Positions 37,392 through 48,300 of a stretch of 64,000 nucleotides of DNA are shown here, piece by piece. The position numbers and the translations under genes are program-made. A model generated the notes under the pieces. It made no database searches. It saw nothing but the letters and a program-made list of their open reading frames with translations, and was not told the DNA's origin. The DNA is taken from positions 15,815 to 79,814 of IMG/VR virus record IMGVR_UViG_3300042549_005585; one strand, written 5' to 3'. The stretch is from a virus. Position 1 is the stretch's first letter. Each line of letters begins with the position of its first letter.

Positions 37392-37973
37392 TTATATCTG
37401 TGTATCCCTGAATTTCTTGATGTTTTCTTTTAGTTGTTTTATAGCTTCATGTCGATTTTCGCCGCCACTCCACTGTTCAATATCACCTGCTTCAGTAATA
37501 AACGCATCATCACGTTGATTAGCCCAATCATCTAGCATGGCTAGCATATCATCCATCTCAGCATTTTTGTTAAGATTAAGTAATCTACTCTCATATTCCT
37601 TGTATTTTCCCTCAAGTTTCAGTTTAGATTCCATCCTAATCACACAATCTAGACACATCCCATGGATAAAATACATTTTACGTATAGTGTCACTATTTTT
37701 CATGGGTTTACTACAGTTAGGACATAGTAACGGTACTACTGATAGTTTCTTAATAGCGTCAAACTTAGTTACAGTTTGTTTGATACCGTTTTTAATAGTC
37801 CATTTTCTACCATCTTCTTCCCATACTTCACCTTCACTATGTTCTACTACTTGTTTAGTATAACCAGATTGGATGCCAGTGGCGTCACCAAATTTCTTAG
37901 TAAGTAAGTTTCTAGCACGGTTTACATCACGTTGACTAAATTCTTTTTTTAATGTATTATCATTTACACTCAT
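37392..37973 (-). CDS. Zn-finger hypothetical protein
   Basis: CPNC...CLDC. Confidence 0.6.
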   Translation of the reverse strand: MSVNDNTLKKEFSQRDVNRARNLLTKKFGDATGIQSGYTKQVVEHSEGEVWEEDGRKWTIKNGIKQTVTKFDAIKKLSVVPLLCPNCSKPMKNSDTIRKMYFIHGMCLDCVIRMESKLKLEGKYKEYESRLLNLNKNAEMDDMLAMLDDWANQRDDAFITEAGDIEQWSGGENRHEAIKQLKENIKKFRDTQI

Positions 37974-38440
37974 AACCCTAATTCTTTAAGTTGTTTAATA
38001 GTATCTGCTGTTGATGTGTGGTGAATGCCAACGCCACCTTTAGCGTTCCATTCCTCAATAGTATTAGCCATGTCATCTATTAATATTTTATTTTCACCAG
38101 AAAAATTTTGTTTTTCATGTCTTGGATATAGTAACAATGACTTATAGTCAGGTTTTAAATTCATTCTCACCCAAGCGTCTTTACCTATTCTAGAGCTATT
38201 ACTTCGTGATGGAGATGATAGAATATGTGGTTTATAACCTTTAATATAATCCCATAATAATTTTCCATCATTCATCCAATTCAAAGTAGCCCACCATCTT
38301 GGTCCTTCTCTATCAACAGGTATCCAAAATTGAGGAGTACTTGGTTGGTATTTTGATATGTTTAAGCCTGTTAACTTAAAATATCCACCAGCGAAATCAA
38401 CTAATACTCCATCTAAATCGCAATAAATTGTATAACTCAT
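37970..38440 (-). CDS. HAD-family 5'(3')-deoxyribonucleotidase-like protein
   Basis: DLDGVLVDF, GK..W, ILIDD, W...GG.GI.H. Confidence 0.85.
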   Translation of the reverse strand: MSYTIYCDLDGVLVDFAGGYFKLTGLNISKYQPSTPQFWIPVDREGPRWWATLNWMNDGKLLWDYIKGYKPHILSSPSRSNSSRIGKDAWVRMNLKPDYKSLLLYPRHEKQNFSGENKILIDDMANTIEEWNAKGGVGIHHTSTADTIKQLKELGL

Positions 38441-38805
38441 TTTTTAACCATTTTTATTATATCGGGTCTGAAATAGAAATGATAGTCGTTAGGTGAAAAA
38501 TTATTGTCTATAAATAACTTATACAACTTATGTCGACGCCCATCTCTGGGTTTGAAGGTAAGTGCTTTATATGGATAAGCCGCAATAAAGTGCTGAACTA
38601 TTTCTAGTATAGTAGCCATAACTTTAAATTGAACACCTTCGTTAGTTGAGTCTTCAAGTTTATCAACAGTTTTGAATACTACATTGTAGTCATCATTACC
38701 TTGATTTTCAAATTCAACTATATACTTGTTACCTGGGGTATTAAAAGTATAATTGTTAGGTGCTATTTCAATCCAATCATAACCATGAAACTTTTTACCA
38801 ACCAT
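38437..38805 (-). CDS. Hypothetical protein, paralog of 36161..36580
   Basis: Start moved to MVGKKF (38805); F.TP.NKY.V...T.E.V...V..T..EI...R..LY shared. Confidence 0.6.
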   Translation of the reverse strand: MVGKKFHGYDWIEIAPNNYTFNTPGNKYIVEFENQGNDDYNVVFKTVDKLEDSTNEGVQFKVMATILEIVQHFIAAYPYKALTFKPRDGRRHKLYKLFIDNNFSPNDYHFYFRPDIIKMVKK

Positions 38806-38806
38806 A

Positions 38807-40111
38807 TTATAACTTAGCTTTAGCCAATTTAGTGTAATATTTTGGGTCTTCCCATAAATGATCAATAGCAATTTTAAGTGCTGTTTTCTTATCTTTAGTA
38901 TGTTCCATTTCTACATTAAGACCTTTTTTAAGTTCTTGTTTAATAACATTAATATCAACACTATGATGCTTAGCTATATCTTCTAAATTCTTGCCCTTAC
39001 CAACACCACTTAAACTTTCATATATTTCTTCATGTTGTTCACCATACTTTCTTAACAACACACCAGCCATAGCGTTAGCTTCATTTTCTTCAGGTGAGCC
39101 TGTTAAGCCTGAATCAGGATTAAGTTGGTTGTCTTCATCTTGTTTACGGTGTACTAATTCATGAGCGATAGTTCTTAAAATATCCGCTGTTAATCTATTA
39201 TTAGTGATAACTAATAGTTTATTACTAGATGGATTATAACCACCTAATGAACGCATATCCTTAGCCATACTTGAATCATCAAGTAATTCTATTTGAGGTA
39301 GTACTTTTAATCCTAATTCTAACCTAGCAAAGTCAATAAATTTATGTATTGCTTGTTCTTTTTCCTCATTTTCATTTAATATTCTCTTCCACCAACTAAC
39401 ATCAAATGTATTTTCTTGTAATTCATCTACAGAAATATAATCAATACCTAATACACGCATTATATCATCAAAAAATCCTTTTTGCATAACAGCATCAGGA
39501 AAACAATTCTTAAATTCCTCTAGTGTGTTAAGATATCCATTTCTAGCTTTACTAAAGTCAGTTGTATCTCTTTGTGTTGAACGAACTGCGGCAGCGTATT
39601 GATTAAGTCTAACTATAACTTCTCTAACATATGTGCTTGAGATAGGAGCGCCATTAACTAAAAATTTCTCTTGAACATATAATGGCATTACTCTAGTACC
39701 AAATGCTTTAGTAAGTGCTTGAATATAACTCGCATCATCAGCCTCACCAGCACCCAATGCAACATATGCTTTTAAATTCAAATCACCATCAAATGCTTGG
39801 AATATGTCTTGTATTGGTGTTTTGTTATTTGATAGTCTAATTTCTATTTTTGGATTTGGGTTAGCTTTTAAGAATATATCCCAAATAGCCATACTTTCAT
39901 CAGGTGTGATATTGTCATTAGTTTTACTACTAATAATAACAATAATTTTGATTGTGTATGCTCTAGCGGCCAATTCCATAACAGATGCATAGTGTCCCTT
40001 ATGTGGTGGTTTGAAGTTACCAGGATAGAATACTATTCCCGCTGGGTTAGCGAGATTATTAGATTCTTCTTCTTTTAATAATGAAGACAATGATATATAG
40101 TTAGATGGCAT
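38807..40111 (-). CDS. Fusion: HIGH-type nucleotidyltransferase + HExxH metallopeptidase-like domain + small C-terminal module
   Basis: PGNFKPPHKGH...ISST.VR; AHELVH...E.EAN; GLNVEMEH...DHLWEDPKYY. Confidence 0.7.
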   Translation of the reverse strand: MPSNYISLSSLLKEEESNNLANPAGIVFYPGNFKPPHKGHYASVMELAARAYTIKIIVIISSKTNDNITPDESMAIWDIFLKANPNPKIEIRLSNNKTPIQDIFQAFDGDLNLKAYVALGAGEADDASYIQALTKAFGTRVMPLYVQEKFLVNGAPISSTYVREVIVRLNQYAAAVRSTQRDTTDFSKARNGYLNTLEEFKNCFPDAVMQKGFFDDIMRVLGIDYISVDELQENTFDVSWWKRILNENEEKEQAIHKFIDFARLELGLKVLPQIELLDDSSMAKDMRSLGGYNPSSNKLLVITNNRLTADILRTIAHELVHRKQDEDNQLNPDSGLTGSPEENEANAMAGVLLRKYGEQHEEIYESLSGVGKGKNLEDIAKHHSVDINVIKQELKKGLNVEMEHTKDKKTALKIAIDHLWEDPKYYTKLAKAKL

Positions 40112-40139
40112 ATTGTTATTTTTAACTGACGATAAATAT

Positions 40140-40928
40140 TTACTCAGCTAATTTAACAGTTGTAGGTAACGTTTCAGTAGCAGGTTTAGCGTCAGGGTTT
40201 TCAAGTCTATATATCTCGTATATATTTTGGAATATCTTGAAATTAGTATCGATGTCACTAATATGTTTTAATTCCCAACCTTTACCTTGAACTTTCTCGC
40301 CTTTTTTATCTTCTCCACGTGTATTTGCTTTTAACCATATAATACCTGTTTCCTCAATTTTCTCATTATGTGTTTCATTCCACGCTTTAGCATACGCAGC
40401 TAACTGTAAATCGTACGAAGTATGTAGTGAATTTGACGTTTTAACATCCATTAACCACAATTTATCACGGAATTTAACAATTAAGTCAGCAGTTCCAGCG
40501 TATTTGTGTTCATCTGAGAATAAATGGTACTCAGCAGCCACTAATTCTGGTTTAAATCTATTCCAAAAGTCAGCAAATTTAAGTATCATCTTCCATACAT
40601 CTAGTGAATACTTAGCATTACCATACTCATCAATCCATGAAATTTCCTCACCATTGATAAATGATTCAACCGCGTTGTGTACTTGAGTACCTTCAGCGGC
40701 GGCTTTATTAGCAATAATATCACTATTATGCCCTACATCCTTTAACCATGAATGGAAAAATTGATTCTTAGGAAAATAATTCAATATACTAGATACTGAT
40801 GGGTAGTAAGCATCATTTCGTCTATAGAAACGTTGGTCTAATACATTTATTTGTTTGTTGTCTTCACTGTACTCAACAATCCTTTTAATCTTAGGATCCT
40901 TGATGATGTTTGCGTTTTTGTCTATCAT
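40140..40928 (-). CDS. PD-(D/E)XK exonuclease
   Basis: YPSVSSIL, GTQVH, AGTADL, DVKTS, QLAAY. Confidence 0.85.
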   Translation of the reverse strand: MIDKNANIIKDPKIKRIVEYSEDNKQINVLDQRFYRRNDAYYPSVSSILNYFPKNQFFHSWLKDVGHNSDIIANKAAAEGTQVHNAVESFINGEEISWIDEYGNAKYSLDVWKMILKFADFWNRFKPELVAAEYHLFSDEHKYAGTADLIVKFRDKLWLMDVKTSNSLHTSYDLQLAAYAKAWNETHNEKIEETGIIWLKANTRGEDKKGEKVQGKGWELKHISDIDTNFKIFQNIYEIYRLENPDAKPATETLPTTVKLAE

Positions 40929-41863
40929 GATAGTTCTATTTTTTTATATATTAATTCACTTAATGTTAGTTGTTCTGCTTTATGGACTAATGAGGTAAAT
41001 TTCTCAAAACCCATTTCAGATGGATCCTTATCATCTAAATCCACCAGATAAACGTCTTTACCCAAGTTAAGTAATTCCTCAGCGTATTTCAAAGCATCCT
41101 TAAGAGCATCCTTATCTAACGCTATATAAACTGTTTTAACGTTAGTTTCTACTAGTTTCATCATCAATGCCTTAGGAATTGTTTTACCAAATAATGGTAT
41201 TACATTACGCTTAATAGCAATAGCATCAAATATACCTTCACATAGTATAACTGGTATATCCCAATTAATAAAATATTCTAGTCCAATAATAGCGTTTTTA
41301 TTACACTTAGGACTATCATACTTGCGTGATGGATCTTTTTCAAATGAACGAGCAATAAAATAATTAATAGACCCATCTTTATTATACGATGGTACTACAA
41401 TCATATTTTTGTAACGTCCTTCCTCACAAAAACCAATATTATATTTGAGAATATCTTCTTTAGTAATACCTCGTTTCTTAAGATATGCTAATGCATGTTT
41501 AGCTGAAATATCTGTACGTTGTATACTGAGTAATGATTTGTATTCTTTGGGTAACTCTATTTTAGTAATATCTACTTCTTCCTCATCCTTCTTATCAGTG
41601 TAGTTGAGTATAGAACGTAACTCAAGTATTTTGTCTTGAGGTACCTTAAGTTTCTTGAATAAACCAAGTAAGGATTTGCCTTTAGCGTTGCAAACCCAAC
41701 AATGCCAAAAGTTCTCACCTTTGGAGTTAGGTACTAGATTAACCTCTAGTTTTGGCTTATGATGTTGACAGAATGGACAATGGTACGCGTAGTTATTACC
41801 ACTTGTTTCTTTTCCCTTACCCAACACACTATTTACTGTACTTACTAATGCGGCATTTAGCAT
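40925..41863 (-). CDS. DNA primase (Zn finger + TOPRIM)
   Basis: CPFC...HCWVC, EGIFDA, ALDKD, KDP. Confidence 0.88.
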   Translation of the reverse strand: MLNAALVSTVNSVLGKGKETSGNNYAYHCPFCQHHKPKLEVNLVPNSKGENFWHCWVCNAKGKSLLGLFKKLKVPQDKILELRSILNYTDKKDEEEVDITKIELPKEYKSLLSIQRTDISAKHALAYLKKRGITKEDILKYNIGFCEEGRYKNMIVVPSYNKDGSINYFIARSFEKDPSRKYDSPKCNKNAIIGLEYFINWDIPVILCEGIFDAIAIKRNVIPLFGKTIPKALMMKLVETNVKTVYIALDKDALKDALKYAEELLNLGKDVYLVDLDDKDPSEMGFEKFTSLVHKAEQLTLSELIYKKIELS

Positions 41864-41867
41864 GCAT

Positions 41868-41899
41868 AGAAGTTAACGTCTTATTCCTGCGGGGCCAAA
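41868..41899 (-). promoter_or_regulatory. Bacteroidota-type promoter for primase
   Basis: TTTG-N20-TAACTTCT, 4 nt before ATG 41863. Confidence 0.5.
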
Positions 41900-42342
41900 T
41901 CTTTACGGAAGAACTTGCCTAAAATGTTATCATTATAGCAATTCTCGGTATGTAGAACTCCATATACAATTTGATGATATATCTCATAATATGTTTGTTG
42001 TTTTTTAGTATCACAGAATTGTAATATAACACGTTCAAATTGATCTTCACCTAATTGCTTCACATCCGCGAGTAATTCTTTAGAACTGCCCCAATATGCT
42101 TTCCATCCACTATCTACCTGTTCGGTTTTAGTAGTTGACCTACGTCCTGGTCCGGATTGTTCAGCTAATTCTTTTTTGGTGAGTTTCTTCTTCTTGTTGT
42201 GGAAGAATGCTTTTTTACCTATATAAAACTTATTATTTGTTTTATTTCGGATAATATAGATAAAACCATAATATTGTGGTTCTAATATTTCTGGCCACTC
42301 AGCGAGTGTACCATCATCTAGGTAATGCAACCATTTATTCAT
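41881..42342 (-). CDS. GIY-YIG endonuclease (Seg-like)
   Basis: GFIYIIRN...KFYIGKK, YWGSS, E...YN. Confidence 0.85.
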   Translation of the reverse strand: MNKWLHYLDDGTLAEWPEILEPQYYGFIYIIRNKTNNKFYIGKKAFFHNKKKKLTKKELAEQSGPGRRSTTKTEQVDSGWKAYWGSSKELLADVKQLGEDQFERVILQFCDTKKQQTYYEIYHQIVYGVLHTENCYNDNILGKFFRKDLAPQE

Positions 42343-42354
42343 AAACTTTAATTA

Positions 42355-42738
42355 TTACTCACCTTTTGTGATATTTTCATCTGGGACTATGATAGCATTT
42401 ATGCTTGATAAACCTGCGAGTTTAGCTGCAGTATATCTATGGTGACCATCTAAAATTTGAAATTTATTTCCTTTTTTACGAACTAATATTGGATCTATTG
42501 TTTTGCCACTCTTATATTTACTAACTAAGCGCTTAACAATTTTAATAGATTCAGGTGATTTCATCTTTATAGCGGGTTCATAGCGAACCAGCTTGCTAAG
42601 GGGTATCTGTACTTTAGGAGCATTCTTAATATCTTCATCAGAAAAATCTAAATCTGCTCCTACATCTTTCCCTTTATTATATAAGACTATTTTAATATCT
42701 TCTTTTATCTCTTTTAATATGTTTATTAATTTAATCAT
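42355..42738 (-). CDS. ParB/sulfiredoxin-like domain protein with MIKLINILKE leader
   Basis: PILV...ILDGHHRY.AA. Confidence 0.75.
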   Translation of the reverse strand: MIKLINILKEIKEDIKIVLYNKGKDVGADLDFSDEDIKNAPKVQIPLSKLVRYEPAIKMKSPESIKIVKRLVSKYKSGKTIDPILVRKKGNKFQILDGHHRYTAAKLAGLSSINAIIVPDENITKGE

Positions 42739-43625
42739 TATGTATCAAATTTAACAACAAATGTCATATCAGTGTTAGATGGTATAGGAATTGGAGTACT
42801 AAGCTTAGCTACAGCAAGTAACTCATTAGTATCATTATATAAACCAACAGTTGTTGCGTATGGATGAAAATAAGATTGTGTAGCAAATGAATACATTGAA
42901 CCACTACCATCTGATATGATTGATGGGTTTAATGACATGTTAAAGTCATTTTCATTGATATTACAACGTATTTCGTTGTTATAAATGGTAGTATCACCCT
43001 TAAATGCCAAATTAAATGAACTAGTGAAAATATTTTGATATAATTGGTTAGTTATTACGGCTATACCGTGAGAATACGCGATATTACCGACTAAAACATC
43101 AGAGTCATACAAGTTGCCGTCCCCATCATCAACAACGTTATACGCGCTACTATTGACAGTAAACGACGCAGGTACTATATTATTTCCAAATATATTGTAT
43201 GGAATAGACAATATTTGGATAGTTTCGTTAGATCCTGTAGGGAAATATTTTTTTACCTCATTTCCTGTACCATATCCCGCAGTTGACGTATCATAATTGT
43301 CATATGATGACGATGACTGCAACCATGAACTGGTTAGGTAATTTTGGTAGTATAGTTGTTTGATTGAACGATAAACTAATGCTTTATATTCACCATTAGT
43401 TGTGGTCGCGAAGGTAGATGGATTAAATACAGGTCCACTGCCTACATAGTCGGCTAATCCTGATGGGTTAGTTCCGCCATATCCTTGTACAGGAGTATTT
43501 AAACCTTGAAAAACAGTTATGTTGTAATCACTTAAAGACGCACTTGTTATACTCCACTGTTTATTAGCGGAATAGGGAACGATTGTAACGTCCGACTGTT
43601 TTAATGTTTTGAAGGCTGAACTCAT
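42738..43625 (-). CDS. Baseplate/tail structural protein
   Basis: DDGDGNL; C-terminal TTVGLYND..ELLAVAKLS.PI shared with the neighbouring gene. Confidence 0.65.
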   Translation of the reverse strand: MSSAFKTLKQSDVTIVPYSANKQWSITSASLSDYNITVFQGLNTPVQGYGGTNPSGLADYVGSGPVFNPSTFATTTNGEYKALVYRSIKQLYYQNYLTSSWLQSSSSYDNYDTSTAGYGTGNEVKKYFPTGSNETIQILSIPYNIFGNNIVPASFTVNSSAYNVVDDGDGNLYDSDVLVGNIAYSHGIAVITNQLYQNIFTSSFNLAFKGDTTIYNNEIRCNINENDFNMSLNPSIISDGSGSMYSFATQSYFHPYATTVGLYNDTNELLAVAKLSTPIPIPSNTDMTFVVKFDT

Positions 43626-43628
43626 TCA

Positions 43629-44633
43629 TTAGAAATCTAACTTAACTCGAATTAATGCTTCCTTAGTAAAATCCTTAACTAATGGTTTACTCATCTTAGC
43701 TACTGCTAACAATTCGTTATTATCATTGTACATACCAACTGTTGTCATGTATGTTTGAGGATTATTAACTAAAGTTGGGAATACTAATTCACCACTACCA
43801 CTTATAAATGATGGGTTAGTTGTATAGTTAAATTCACCATTCTTTACTCTAACAAACAAGTAGTTAGATGATATTGTTTCTTGGCTATTCATTTGGAATG
43901 AAGCTCCTAATTTAATAGCGTTGAATAATGTTTCATTATTATTGCCTGGTGCATTACTTGATTGGCTAACATTTAAACTCATACCACCATTTAATGATGT
44001 AAGAGCTAATGCTGATGGGTTTAAAACAATTAAACCTACATCTGGTAAGAACTTACCATAAACGCCAACTGATGTAGTTGTAGTTAAAGCTGAACCGTTA
44101 CTTCCAGTAACGATATTATATATTCTACCAGCATCACAGAAGTTAATAACTGTTGAGTCATTACTATCATCTGTTAAATGTAATGTTGCAGGAGCACCTA
44201 AACTAGAACCTGAAAGTACCAAGTTGAAAGTACCAGGCATTAAAGATTCTTTATAACGAGCTCTATTAACATTAATCACAAATGCATCTAATGATGCTGT
44301 GTTACCAGTACCAAAGTTGAAGAATGAATTTTCATCACCATAGATTAAGTTTCTATATTGACCATAAGTTGTTCTAGTAGGTGAACTACCAGTAACTAAT
44401 GGATTAAATAATATTGAACCTGATCCTTTGTAGTTACCATATGCGATTGAAAACTGAGTTTCCGATCCAGAAGCACCAGGGACTAGATTATATATATCTA
44501 AATAAAATGATGATGTTACTGATGACCCTGTAAAAAAGGCATTCAATACTGGAGTGTTACCTGTCCATAATGGAGCGGTTACTGACTCAGCACTTATTAC
44601 AAAATCTTCAGGGTTAAACCTTACAAAGCTCAT
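43629..44633 (-). CDS. Baseplate/tail structural protein (paralogous C-terminus)
   Basis: TTVGMYNDNNELLAVAKMSKPL. Confidence 0.65.
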   Translation of the reverse strand: MSFVRFNPEDFVISAESVTAPLWTGNTPVLNAFFTGSSVTSSFYLDIYNLVPGASGSETQFSIAYGNYKGSGSILFNPLVTGSSPTRTTYGQYRNLIYGDENSFFNFGTGNTASLDAFVINVNRARYKESLMPGTFNLVLSGSSLGAPATLHLTDDSNDSTVINFCDAGRIYNIVTGSNGSALTTTTSVGVYGKFLPDVGLIVLNPSALALTSLNGGMSLNVSQSSNAPGNNNETLFNAIKLGASFQMNSQETISSNYLFVRVKNGEFNYTTNPSFISGSGELVFPTLVNNPQTYMTTVGMYNDNNELLAVAKMSKPLVKDFTKEALIRVKLDF

Positions 44634-44642
44634 AGTTTATTA

Positions 44643-45302
44643 TTAAGTTGTTACTTTAGTTACTACAATAGGAACGCTTATTCTAGCTCCAGAATCTCTA
44701 CCAATCACAGTTAATGTAGTGTAAAGAGATGTTTGAGAACCAAATAATGAGTTAACAGTAGTTGCTGTAATATTGATTGTAGTACCTACGATTGTTTTAC
44801 TTACGTTAGTACCAATAGTTGGAGTTGAATTTAAAGCTTGTGCTTCTGCTGTGTTGATACCAACACCTGTGAAGTTAGAACTTAATCTAACATCACCAAT
44901 AACAGCGACATAACCTGATGATTCAAATGTAGCTGATGCTCCTAAATAGTTTAATGTTTGAGGAGTGATTGCTAATGAAGCACCTTGACGTAATGAAATA
45001 TTTGAATAACCAATATTAATAATTGGTAATTTAGCTGTACCTCTTGGTAGAGTAACTAACTTATATTTCATGATTTGTGTCTCGTCAGGAAACGCTTCAA
45101 GCACAGGCATCGCTTCAATGGCTTCGCCATAGAAAGCAGATCCTGATGGATGGTTTGGATTATACAAAGTGTAATCTACCTCATCATCAGACAATGCAAA
45201 TTGCGTGATTTGAAATGACCCGTTATTACGAGCTAACAGTTCTCTACCTTTTTTCGTTAAGATAGCGTCTACGGTTACTGTTGAATTATTTAAATATCCC
45301 AT
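44643..45302 (-). CDS. Baseplate/tail-collar structural protein
   Basis: ILTKKGRELLA...ITQFALSDDEVDY. Confidence 0.6.
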   Translation of the reverse strand: MGYLNNSTVTVDAILTKKGRELLARNNGSFQITQFALSDDEVDYTLYNPNHPSGSAFYGEAIEAMPVLEAFPDETQIMKYKLVTLPRGTAKLPIINIGYSNISLRQGASLAITPQTLNYLGASATFESSGYVAVIGDVRLSSNFTGVGINTAEAQALNSTPTIGTNVSKTIVGTTINITATTVNSLFGSQTSLYTTLTVIGRDSGARISVPIVVTKVTT

Positions 45303-45346
45303 AAATCTTGTTGATTGCTATTATAAATATATATTAGTTACGGATT

Positions 45347-48300
45347 TTACGTTATTAAGTTTTGTGCTTTTAATTCCTTAACGATATTACCTGCTTGATC
45401 TCTTAATTCCTGTGGTATGAATTCTGGTATAATAATACCTGATGAAGTCCTACCATCTTGTTTTTGGTAGTCAAGTACCACATTAGTTTCATCAGGTTGT
45501 TTCTTTAACACAATAAATCGATTAATTAGACGAGCATTTTCCAATGTTGTGCCAGGAACAACAGCTTCTTCGCAAGCATTCGATGGTATGACATCATTTA
45601 ATTCAACCAATATACGTCTTCCTAGTCGGACAACCTCATCTGTTCTTGGAACTGTGATAGACTTAACTTCACGCTCAAATGCTCTTGGGAATGTGTTAGT
45701 TGTAACATCATAGAATCTAATCATATCTCCTGGTGTTAATAGGAATGGTGTTTCAATTAATTCATATGAACCTGATAATGAATATGACACAGGTGTTGAT
45801 CCTGAAACTCCAGTATATGAAGATGTAAATGAATTAGCTTGAGTAAACCCACCATACCAATATGACATTGATAATGAACCAGACATAATTGCTTTATTAT
45901 TCAAATCACGTAAAAAGAAACCTTTAGATAATGGTGTATCAACAACTTGAGTGGTCAATACTGTGTTTAAATTAGTTTCAATAGGTACAAATAATGAAGC
46001 TGATGATGGAGGATTAGAATAAACACTACTTGTCACATCATATATAGCAGAAGCAGATGGTGGAATTGCTGTACTTCCACTATAATAACTCGCTGTATAT
46101 TCATAATTTCCAGGTTCATTAGTATATCTCCATGAGCCAGATATTGTTAATTCTCCTCTGTTAAATGGTTCAGGATATACAGCTCCTACTACAAGATCTC
46201 TAAGTGAACCTGTGTACTCAGTAACAGTAGCAGGTATTCTTAATGTAGTATTAAATATATAAGATGCACTTAATGGAGATGTTAATACAGGATTACCCAA
46301 CCATTCAGTCACAGTTTTAGTACTTGTTGCTACAAAAGATCCAGTGACATGAACATCAATATCATAATTAATAAACACTGTTAATAAATCAGTTAATCTA
46401 GCAGCTGATGAAGAAATATAGTGATATCTATAATCTGCTATACCTAAATCATCTCCTAATATTAAATTACTACTTGTTAATGGGTTTGAACCAATATAAA
46501 GTTCATTTGAAGCACTAGTGGCTGGGAATATACCAATTGATACACTTGAAGTTGGGATGTAAGATACAGATGAAGTTAAAGTATAAGTCAATGTTGGTTG
46601 ACCAGGTGCTGTTGGGTTATAAAGTATAGGGGCATATTTAAATCCTCCAGCAAATGTTTTCTTAAGACCATCCAAGAATTTTTGGTTGCTTGGGTTTTGG
46701 TTGTCTGTTAATGATATAACAACATTGTCTCCTGATTTGAAGATATTTTGAATATCATTTAAATTCTTATTTTGGCGATTCAATTCAACTACATCAGATA
46801 AAATGTTAATTAAGTATGTAATGTAAACATTTGTTCTACCAGGTAATGAAGAACCTGTTATGTACGCTTCATTAAAATAAGCGAATGTTACAGGATAGTG
46901 ATCAATAGCGGCTGTCTGACCATATGAAGTATCTCCTTTAGTATAAACATTATATCTAGCGCTTGTAGTTTTAGAACCTAAATATCTTGGGTTAATAATT
47001 CTAGCTGTTGTGTAGTTACTATCTTGAACATCTGCTCTAAAAATACTATTGTCATATTCAGGTGTTGAACCAGAGAATGACCAGCTTAATAAGTAACCAA
47101 AATCAGTAGGTCTAGTACTCACACCATTGTAATCAACAACAGTAAATTTATTAGTAGTTCTACTACCACTAACATTATTAAGTAATGGCTGGAATGGTAA
47201 TAATTGGTAATTGTTACCTATATCTTCACTTGATCCTGATGGTAAAGTATTTCTTTCAAATATAATATTTCCTGCTGATTGTGTATAAACAGTTAATGTT
47301 GTACCACCAAAATCACCATTAAATAATTCTCTATTGTCATTTCTAACTAAGTATGTTTTAGAACCTGATGGGGTAGTAAATGAAGCAGTGTAAGAAGTAT
47401 TATATTCTCTACCTGTAGCATTTGAACCAGTGATGGTCTCCATCTCAATAGATCCTGAAGGTGAATTATATTGTGGTATAACACCCGGTTCATGGCGTTC
47501 TATTTTACTTCTTTCAAGTATAGTAGGTTTAACTACAATACCTGTAGAAACATTAGCTCTACCAGGAACAAAATCCTTAATTAATTTAAATAATGAGTTG
47601 TCAAAATATTTAATTAAACGAACAAAATCTTGTACATTGTATCTATTAATGTATTTCTTTAAGTAGAAATCATTTAAGTCTGTTAGTTCTGGGTAAGATA
47701 CTTTACTATTATCTCTAGGATCACCTATATAATTGTCTAGATTAATATAACCTAATTGGTCAATAATATCTCTATCAACTTCATTAGATGGAGAAAAAGC
47801 AACTTCTACAACATGTGAGTTAGGATTTTTCTCAAATGTAGGTTTAACTGTACTAGTAAATAAAGATAAAGTACTTCCTGAGATAAGTGGATTAGATTGG
47901 ATTCTAATCTTATCGCTTACATTTCTATTAGCAGCATTAGGTGTACTAACTATTTCATAATAATTTGTTTTCTTGAAACTATTAGTAATAGTACTAGCAT
48001 AGCTCCAACTAATATCACCATCAAAGAATGATTCAGAAATAGGTAAACCATTATTAATATAAGATGGATGTATAGAATGACTAACATCAACTGTATTACT
48101 ATAAACACTATTTAATGGGAGTCTAAATCCTAAAGTAGAATATGATGAACTATAAGTGTTACCAACATATGATGATGGGTTTAACACATGAATATCAAAT
48201 ACTGATTCATTTAGTGGTTCAGCCCAATATCTAAATTCTTGGAAGTAACCATTAAATAAAGTATTGTTTAGACTAATAATATTGTTGTTACCTGTTCCTC

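Noticed and set aside
40140-40928. Cas4 as evidence of a CRISPR system
   Set aside because: Stand-alone phage PD-(D/E)XK nuclease lacking the Fe-S cysteines; coupled to primase
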